Shown: piece by piece, positions 57,837 through 64,000 of the stretch
Position numbering within the stretch: position 1 is the stretch's first letter
Layout: every line of letters starts with the position of its first letter
From: an uncultured delta proteobacterium
Lineage (GTDB): Bacteria > Myxococcota > Myxococcia > Myxococcales > Myxococcaceae
Assembly: GCA_963776345.1 (NCBI GenBank)
Contig: CAVZMH010000002.1
Location: 32,001 to 96,000, forward strand
Direction of reading: 5' to 3'
Length of the DNA stretch: 64,000 nt
Translations under genes and position numbers: made by a program
Notes under the pieces: model-generated
Told to the model about the DNA's origin: nothing
Databases searched by the model: none
Seen by the model: only the letters and a program-made list of their open reading frames with translations

Positions 57837-59945
57837 ATGCACGGGACCCACGAGTTCCTCAAGGCGATCGCCGTCGTGCTCTGCGTGGCCGCGGTGACCA
57901 CCGTGCTCTTCCGGAAGCTCAGGCAGCCGGTGGTGCTCGGGTACCTCCTCGCCGGTCTCATCGTCGGCCCGCACGTCCCGATTCCCCTGGTGGCGGACCG
58001 TCAGACGATCGAGGCCCTCTCCGAGCTCGGCGTCATCCTGGTGATGTTCGCGCTCGGCCTGGAGTTCAGCCTCCGGAAGCTGGCGAAGGTCGGGCTCTCC
58101 GCCGGGCTGACGGCCATCTTCGAGTCGAGCATCATGCTCTGGCTGGGGTTCCTCGCGGGCCGCGCGTTCGGCTGGAGCTCGCGGGAGAGCATCTTCGCCG
58201 GGGCGGTGATCGCCATCTCCAGCACCACCATCATCGCCAAGGTCTTCGACGAGCAGCGGATCAAGGGCGGGCTCCGCGAGCTCGTGGTCGGGGTGCTGAT
58301 CGTGGAGGATCTGATCGCCATCCTCCTGATGGCGGTCCTCACCGCGATCTCCAGCGGGAGCGACGTGTCGGCCGGCACGCTGCTGGCCTCCAGCGCCCGG
58401 CTGGCCGCGTTCCTGGTGGGCCTGGTCTCGCTGGGGCTCCTGATCGTCCCGCGCACCGTCCGGATGGTCAACCGCCTGAGGCGGCCGGAGACCACCCTGG
58501 TGGCCAGCATCGGCTTCTGCTTCGCCACCGCGCTGCTCGCCCAGGCCTTCGGCTACTCGGTGGCGCTCGGTGCGTTCATCGCCGGCTCGCTGATCGCCGA
58601 GTCCGGCGAGGTGGCCGAGATCGAGCACCTGGTGCTGCCGGTGCGGGACCTCTTCGCGGCCATCTTCTTCGTCTCGGTGGGCATGCTGATCGACCCGGCC
58701 CTCATCGTCCGGAACTGGCTTCCGGTCACCGTCTTCACCCTGCTGGTCATCGGGGGCAAGGTGCTGGGGGTGACCGTGGGCGCGTTCCTGACGGGAAACG
58801 GGACCCGGACCGCGCTCCAGGCCGGGATGAGCCTGGCCCAGATCGGCGAGTTCTCGTTCATCATCGCCGCGCTCGGGCTCTCGCTGGGAGCGACCCGCGA
58901 CTTCCTCTACCCGGTCGCGGTGGCCGTCTCGGCGATCACCACCTTGACCACCCCCGCGCTCGTCCGCGTCGCCAGCCCGGTCGCGTCCTACGTGGATCGC
59001 AAGCTGCCGCGGCCGATCCAGACCTTCGCCGCGCTCTACGGGACCTGGCTCGAGGAGCTCCGGGCCAGGCCGCCCCGCCAGACGGAGGCCGCGAGAGTGC
59101 GCCGCCTGCTCAGGCTCCAGCTCCTCGATGCGGCGCTCCTCAGCGCGGTGGCGATCGGAACCGCGGTCTCGCTCCCCCACGTGGTGCGGTTCTTCTCGAC
59201 GCGGCTGGGCGCCTCCGGGGAGCTGGTGCGGGCGGCGATGCTGGTGGCCGCCGCGGCCCTGGCGGCGCCGCTGGTGGTCGGCCTCTTCCGGATCGCCGGC
59301 GCCCTCGGCGTCGCCCTCGCCGACCGTGCGCTCCCGAAGGCTGGAAGGGGCAAGACGGACCTCGCGGACGCGCCACGGCGGGCGCTGGTGGTCACGGTCC
59401 AGCTGGCGATGGTGCTCCTGGTGGGCCTCCCGGTGCTGGCGCTCACCCAGCCGTTCGTCTCCAGCTGGGTGGCGGCGGCGACCCTCGGCGCGCTCCTCCT
59501 GCTCCTCGGGGTCCACTTCTGGCGGAGCGCCACCAACCTCCAGGGCCACGTGAAGGCGGGGGCCGAGGTCATCGTCGAGGCGCTGATCGCGCGGGCGGGC
59601 AGACGCGCCGCTCCGGACCGGGCCGCGCTCGAGGGGGTCAGCGAGCTCCTCCCGGGACTCGGGGCGCCGGTCCCGGTGCGTCTGGGCGCCGGAAGCCCGG
59701 CGGTGGGGAAGACCCTCGCCCAGCTCGGCGTGCGCGGCGTCACCGGCGCCTCGGTCCTGGCCATCGTTCGCGGCGAGGCCGGGGTCATCGTGCCCTCGGC
59801 GGGCGAGGTGCTCCGGGCCGGCGACGTCCTGGCGGTCGCCGGGACGCGGGAGGCAGTCGCCGCCGCGGTGGAGCTGCTGAGCCGCGCCCCTCCCCGGGAA
59901 CCCGGACCGGTCCAGGACGTCGGCGAAGGCTCGGTCGCTCCCTGA
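57837..59945 (+). CDS. Cation:proton antiporter (CPA2) with a C-terminal TrkA-C/RCK domain
   Basis: QPVVLGYLLAG, LGLEFS, ISSTTII, LIVED, FFVSVG and QIGEFSF motifs; C-terminal RCK_C. Confidence 0.93.
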   Translation: MHGTHEFLKAIAVVLCVAAVTTVLFRKLRQPVVLGYLLAGLIVGPHVPIPLVADRQTIEALSELGVILVMFALGLEFSLRKLAKVGLSAGLTAIFESSIMLWLGFLAGRAFGWSSRESIFAGAVIAISSTTIIAKVFDEQRIKGGLRELVVGVLIVEDLIAILLMAVLTAISSGSDVSAGTLLASSARLAAFLVGLVSLGLLIVPRTVRMVNRLRRPETTLVASIGFCFATALLAQAFGYSVALGAFIAGSLIAESGEVAEIEHLVLPVRDLFAAIFFVSVGMLIDPALIVRNWLPVTVFTLLVIGGKVLGVTVGAFLTGNGTRTALQAGMSLAQIGEFSFIIAALGLSLGATRDFLYPVAVAVSAITTLTTPALVRVASPVASYVDRKLPRPIQTFAALYGTWLEELRARPPRQTEAARVRRLLRLQLLDAALLSAVAIGTAVSLPHVVRFFSTRLGASGELVRAAMLVAAAALAAPLVVGLFRIAGALGVALADRALPKAGRGKTDLADAPRRALVVTVQLAMVLLVGLPVLALTQPFVSSWVAAATLGALLLLLGVHFWRSATNLQGHVKAGAEVIVEALIARAGRRAAPDRAALEGVSELLPGLGAPVPVRLGAGSPAVGKTLAQLGVRGVTGASVLAIVRGEAGVIVPSAGEVLRAGDVLAVAGTREAVAAAVELLSRAPPREPGPVQDVGEGSVAP

Positions 59946-59979
59946 GACGCGCACGCCTCTGCGCTGGAATCGCCGGGCA

Positions 59980-61377
59980 TCACCGGGACCTGGACCACCA
60001 GGCATACGCCGGCAGCCCGCTACCGATGAGCGCGAGCCCGAGCAGGGAGCGGACCGGCGCCTGGACGAGGGTGACCGCCGCAAGCACCAGGCAGCAGGCG
60101 ACGAATCCGCCGGTCATCCAGGGATGCCCCCACGCCCGGGACGGCCTCGGCGCGTCCGGCCGGCGGCGGCGGAGCACGAACACCGCCGAGGCCGTCGCCG
60201 CGTGGAAGAGGACCCCGGCGAAGACCACCGTCGTGTAGAGCTCGGCGTAGGTCCCGGACAGCGCGAGCGCCGCCGCCAGCCCGCCCTGGGCGAGGAGGCT
60301 GGTCGACGGGGTGCGGCGCCGGGGGTCGATCCGCGCCAGCGACCGGAAGAAGACGCCGTCCTCCGCCATGGGCAGGTAGATCCGCGCGCAGCAGAGCACG
60401 TTGGCCGCGAGGCATCCGAACATCGACAGCAGGATGACCACCGAGACTGCACGCGCCGCACCGGGTCCGAGGAGCGCGGCCGCCGCCGCTTCTCCCACCC
60501 GCGCAGACCGGGCGAGCGTGCCCACGTCCAGCGCGCGCAGGTAGACAAAGTTGATGGCCAGGTAGAGCGCGGCGACGATCGCCACCCCGAGCACCAGTCC
60601 GCGGGGCAGGTTCCGCTCGGGCTGGCGGATCTCCCCCGCGGAGAAGGTGAGCATGTACCAGCCGTCGTACGTCCAGAGCACGGCCACCAGACCGAGCCCC
60701 ACGCCCCCGACGAGGCTGCCCGACGGCAGCGGCGTCCACCAAGGATGCGCTGACAGCGCCGGAGCTGACAGGCCGATCGCCACCAGGACCGCGAGCGCGC
60801 CGAGCTTGAGCACCGTGGCCACGTTCTGCACCAGCGCGCCTTCTCGCACCCCGAGCCAGTTCACTCCGGTGAGCGCGAGGATGGCCAGCGCGCCGGCGAC
60901 CTGCGGCCCCCTGACCGTCCACTCCAGCCAGCCGACATGGACCGAGAGGAGCTCCGTGTCAGCTCCGAGGAGCGGGACGAACGCCCCGAGGTACTCGCCG
61001 AAGCCGACGGCGATGGCCGCGATGCCCCCGGTCATGATCACCAGGAACGAGGTCCAGCCGAAGAGGAAGCCCCAGAGCCGGCCGTAGGCCTCCTTGAGGA
61101 AGTGGTACTGACCGCCCGCGCGGGGAAACATCGCCCCGAGCTCGGAGTAGGCGAGGGCGCCGGCGAGCGCGAAGAGCCCTCCCGCGGCCCAGAGGAGGAG
61201 GATCATCCCCGGCTGCGGGAGCCGCCGCGCGATGTCGCCGGTGGTGAGGAAGATGCCGCCCCCCAACGTGGCCCCGATGGTGATGAGCGCTCCGTCCACC
61301 GCGCCCAGCGAGCGGACCAGCGTCGCCACCGGCGCGGCGGTGTGCTCGGCCCGGTCCGGGCGGCGTGCGGCGGTCAC
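59980..61377 (-). CDS. APC family amino acid permease
   Basis: GGGIF, YSELG...PRAGGQY, WTYDGW and AEDG..F motifs. Confidence 0.92.
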   Translation of the reverse strand: MTAARRPDRAEHTAAPVATLVRSLGAVDGALITIGATLGGGIFLTTGDIARRLPQPGMILLLWAAGGLFALAGALAYSELGAMFPRAGGQYHFLKEAYGRLWGFLFGWTSFLVIMTGGIAAIAVGFGEYLGAFVPLLGADTELLSVHVGWLEWTVRGPQVAGALAILALTGVNWLGVREGALVQNVATVLKLGALAVLVAIGLSAPALSAHPWWTPLPSGSLVGGVGLGLVAVLWTYDGWYMLTFSAGEIRQPERNLPRGLVLGVAIVAALYLAINFVYLRALDVGTLARSARVGEAAAAALLGPGAARAVSVVILLSMFGCLAANVLCCARIYLPMAEDGVFFRSLARIDPRRRTPSTSLLAQGGLAAALALSGTYAELYTTVVFAGVLFHAATASAVFVLRRRRPDAPRPSRAWGHPWMTGGFVACCLVLAAVTLVQAPVRSLLGLALIGSGLPAYAWWSRSR

Positions 61378-61455
61378 AGGGGCGGCATCCTGCCACGGAA
61401 CCGGCGGCGGCCCGGTTTGAGGGGCGGCCGTGACCGGGGTAAGCCTCCGGATCGC

Positions 61456-62562
61456 GTGGACGCCTCGCTCGACGAGCTCCTGGCGGCGTTCGATCCCGGC
61501 CTTCCGCTGGAGCGGGCTCGCTCACTCCCCTCGACCTGGTACCGCGACCCGCGGGTCGACGCCCTGGAGCGCGAGCGCGTCTTCGGCGACAGCTGGCTGC
61601 TGGTGGCACGGGCCGAGCAGCTGGACCGACCGGGCGACTTCGTCACCACCGAGGTCGCGGGTGAGCCGCTGCTCGTTCTCCGGGACGACGCCGGGGACCT
61701 CCGCGCGTTCTTCAACGTCTGCCGGCACCGGGCGGCATGCGTGGTGACGGAGCCGGAGGGGAGCGCGCGCCGGCTCCGCTGCCGGTACCACGGGTGGACC
61801 TACGACCTCCGGGGGCGACTGCGGGGCGTGCCGGAGTTCGAGGGGGTCGAGGACTTCCGGCGCGAGGAGCACGGGCTGGTGCCTCTGGCCGTGGACCGCT
61901 GGGGCCCCCTGGTGTTCGTCCACCTCGGCGCCGAGCCTCCACCGCTGCGGGACTGGCTCGCCCCGCTCCCGGAGCGGATCGACGCGCTCGATGGGCTCCG
62001 CTTCCTCGAGCGCCGCGAGTACAGCCTGGCCTGCAACTGGAAGGTGTTCGTCGACAACTACCTCGACGGCGGATACCACGTGAACTCGGTCCACCCGGCG
62101 CTGGGCAGCGTGCTCCAGTACTCGGAGTACCGGACCGAGTGCTTCGAGCGGACCAGCCTCCAGTCCAGCCCTCTGCACGCCGGGGACGACCCGTCGGCGT
62201 CGGCGACCCGGAAGGGCGACCTCGCGCGCTACGGCTGGGCGTTCCCGAACGTGATGGTGAACCTCTACCGGGGGGTCATGGACACCAACGTGGTGCTCCC
62301 GCTGGGCCCGGAGCGCTGCCGGGTGGTCATCGACTTCTACTTCGCCGATCTGGACGGCGCGCGCGCCCAGGCCTTCGCCCGGGAGAGCGTGGAGCTGGGC
62401 CACCGCATCCAGCTCGAGGACGTGGGCGTCTGCGAGGACGTGCAGCGGGGGCTGGGCAGCCGCTCGTACCGAACGGGGCGGTTCAGCGTGCGCCGCGAGG
62501 TGGCCATCCATCACTTCCACCGGCTCCTCGCGGCGGCCGTTCGCGGGCCCGGCCCGGGCTGA
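61456..62562 (+). CDS. Rieske non-heme iron oxygenase alpha subunit (choline monooxygenase-like)
   Basis: NVCRHR..CRYHGW, NWKVFVDNYLDGGYHVNSVH and ED..VCE.VQ.GL motifs. Confidence 0.92.
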   Translation: MDASLDELLAAFDPGLPLERARSLPSTWYRDPRVDALERERVFGDSWLLVARAEQLDRPGDFVTTEVAGEPLLVLRDDAGDLRAFFNVCRHRAACVVTEPEGSARRLRCRYHGWTYDLRGRLRGVPEFEGVEDFRREEHGLVPLAVDRWGPLVFVHLGAEPPPLRDWLAPLPERIDALDGLRFLERREYSLACNWKVFVDNYLDGGYHVNSVHPALGSVLQYSEYRTECFERTSLQSSPLHAGDDPSASATRKGDLARYGWAFPNVMVNLYRGVMDTNVVLPLGPERCRVVIDFYFADLDGARAQAFARESVELGHRIQLEDVGVCEDVQRGLGSRSYRTGRFSVRREVAIHHFHRLLAAAVRGPGPG

Positions 62563-62566
62563 GGGC

Positions 62567-64000
62567 ATGGCCGGAGGACACGACCCTCGACGCCCGCCGG
62601 CGGTGAGCGAGGCGCCCTCTTCGCACTGGAAGCGCTGGGCGCGGATCGCGGCGCTCCTCGCGCTCGCCGGCATGGCGCTCACCGGGATCGGATTCCTGGT
62701 CGCCCGTCGATCGCCCGCGCTCGCGCAGCCGCCGCCCGCCACATACGTGGGCAGCGAGCGGTGCAAGGCGTGCCACCAGGCCGAGTACGACGCGTGGAAG
62801 GGCTCGCACCACGCGGCGGCGATGGCAGCCGCCCGCGACGGGACGGTCCTGGGCGACTTCCGCGACGCCCAGCTCGTGCACCGGGGAAAGACCTGGCGCT
62901 TCTTTCGCGACGGCCAGAAGTTCATGGTGCACGCCGAGGGGCCGGACGCGCAGATGCGCGACTACGAGGTGCTGTACACCTTCGGCGTCGAGCCGCTGCA
63001 GCAGTACCTGGTGGGGTTTCCCGGGGGACGAGCTCCAGACGCTGTCGGCGGCCTGGGACACGCACGCGCGGAGGTGGTTCCACGTGAACCCGGGTCCCGA
63101 GGCCCCGCCGGGCGACTGGCTGCACTGGACCCGCCCGGGCCAGAGCTGGAACGCGATGTGCGCGGACTGCCACTCGACGGACGTCCGGAAGCGCTACGAC
63201 CCGGAGAGCGACACCTACCGGACGACCTGGTCGGAGATCATGGTCGGCTGCGAGGCGTGCCACGGCCCCGCCTCGCGCCACCTGGCCTGGGCAGACCAGC
63301 CGGCGACACGGCGACCGGCCTTGGAGAACGCGGGGCTGCCGACCCGGACCGCGAAGCTCGCGGCTCCCGAGCTCGGCGCCCTCTGCGCCCCGTGCCACTC
63401 CCGGCGCGCGCAGTTCGAGGACCAGGGCACGCCCGGCGGCGAGCTGCTCGACCGCTACCTGCCGGTGCTCCTCTCGCCGGGCGTCTTCCACCCCGACGGG
63501 CAGATCCTCGACGAGGACTTCGAGTGGCAGTCGTTCACCCAGAGCAAGATGTACGCGAACGGCATCCGCTGCACCGACTGCCACGACGCGCACTCGGGGA
63601 AGCGGATCCGGGAGGGGAACGCGCTCTGCACCCGCTGCCACCGGGCGGACACCTACGACGACCGCTCGCACCACTTCCACGCGGCGGAGTGGCAGGGGAA
63701 GCCCAGCGCGGGGGTGCTCTGCGTCTCCTGCCACATGCCGGGCCAGAACTACATGCGGGTGCACTTTCGCAGGGACCACTCGATCCGCGTGCCCCGCCCG
63801 GACCTCACCGCGGCGCTCGGCGTCCCCAACGCCTGCAGCACCGCGGGCTGCCACGCGGACCGCCCGCTCCGGTGGGTCCAGGCGAAGTACGACGAGTGGT
63901 ACGGGAAGAAGAGGAAGCCGCACTTCGGCACCGTGCTCGCCGCCGGGCGGAGGCAGGACCCCGCGGCCGAGCAGGCGCTGATCAGGCTCGCGCAGGATGC
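62567..64000 (+). CDS. Membrane-anchored multiheme c-type cytochrome, 3' truncated, with a frameshift near 63030; not in the ORF track
   Basis: N-terminal TM; CKACH, CADCH, CEACH, CAPCH, CTDCH, CTRCH, CVSCH and CSTAGCH. One extra base at GGA CGA G CTC CAG. Start is 62567 or 62603. Confidence 0.85.
   Translation, partial: MAGGHDPRRPPAVSEAPSSHWKRWARIAALLALAGMALTGIGFLVARRSPALAQPPPATYVGSERCKACHQAEYDAWKGSHHAAAMAAARDGTVLGDFRDAQLVHRGKTWRFFRDGQKFMVHAEGPDAQMRDYEVLYTFGVEPLQQYLVGFPGGRAPDAVGGLGHARAEVVPREPGSRGPAGRLAALDPPGPELERDVRGLPLDGRPEALRPGERHLPDDLVGDHGRLRGVPRPRLAPPGLGRPAGDTATGLGERGAADPDREARGSRARRPLRPVPLPARAVRGPGHARRRAARPLPAGAPLAGRLPPRRADPRRGLRVAVVHPEQDVRERHPLHRLPRRALGEADPGGERALHPLPPGGHLRRPLAPLPRGGVAGEAQRGGALRLLPHAGPELHAGALSQGPLDPRAPPGPHRGARRPQRLQHRGLPRGPPAPVGPGEVRRVVREEEEAALRHRARRRAEAGPRGRAGADQARAGC

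Noticed and set aside
1..64000. tRNA-Sec, selA/selB/selD, rRNA, integrase or prophage genes
   Set aside because: None were recognisable by eye. A tRNAscan-SE or Infernal run would be needed to exclude small RNAs.

Overview
A 64 kb, very GC-rich bacterial chromosomal segment. It is probably Myxococcota, inferred from the LPDGG-type lipoprotein, the VegA-like zinc finger and the kinase/ECF pair. It holds about 64 tightly packed genes, mostly housekeeping or metabolic: radA, rsfS-rlmH, gpmI, comF, dsbD-like, a fdnGHI-fdhE formate dehydrogenase operon, mmsA and several transporters. I saw no rRNA, tRNA, CRISPR or intact transposase. Signals the ORF track misses: (1) three in-frame UGA codons sit at Cys-equivalent positions, each followed by a SECIS-like hairpin, giving FdnG, an uncalled SelW/Rdx CxxU protein (15118-15342) and a DedA-rhodanese fusion with a C-S-U motif (25568-26566); (2) a 57-aa Gly/Pro-rich lipopeptide ending in GW overlaps a ferritin-like diiron enzyme and heads a coupled operon of YceI, heme-c barrel, barrel, cupredoxin, zinc-finger Ser/Thr kinase and ECF sigma; (3) a dispersed REP-like palindrome family (GAGGTGTCAGACACCTC) occurs in four intergenic clusters; (4) three genes carry single-base frameshifts, probably assembly errors. 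All calls come from reading motifs by eye; no searches were run.
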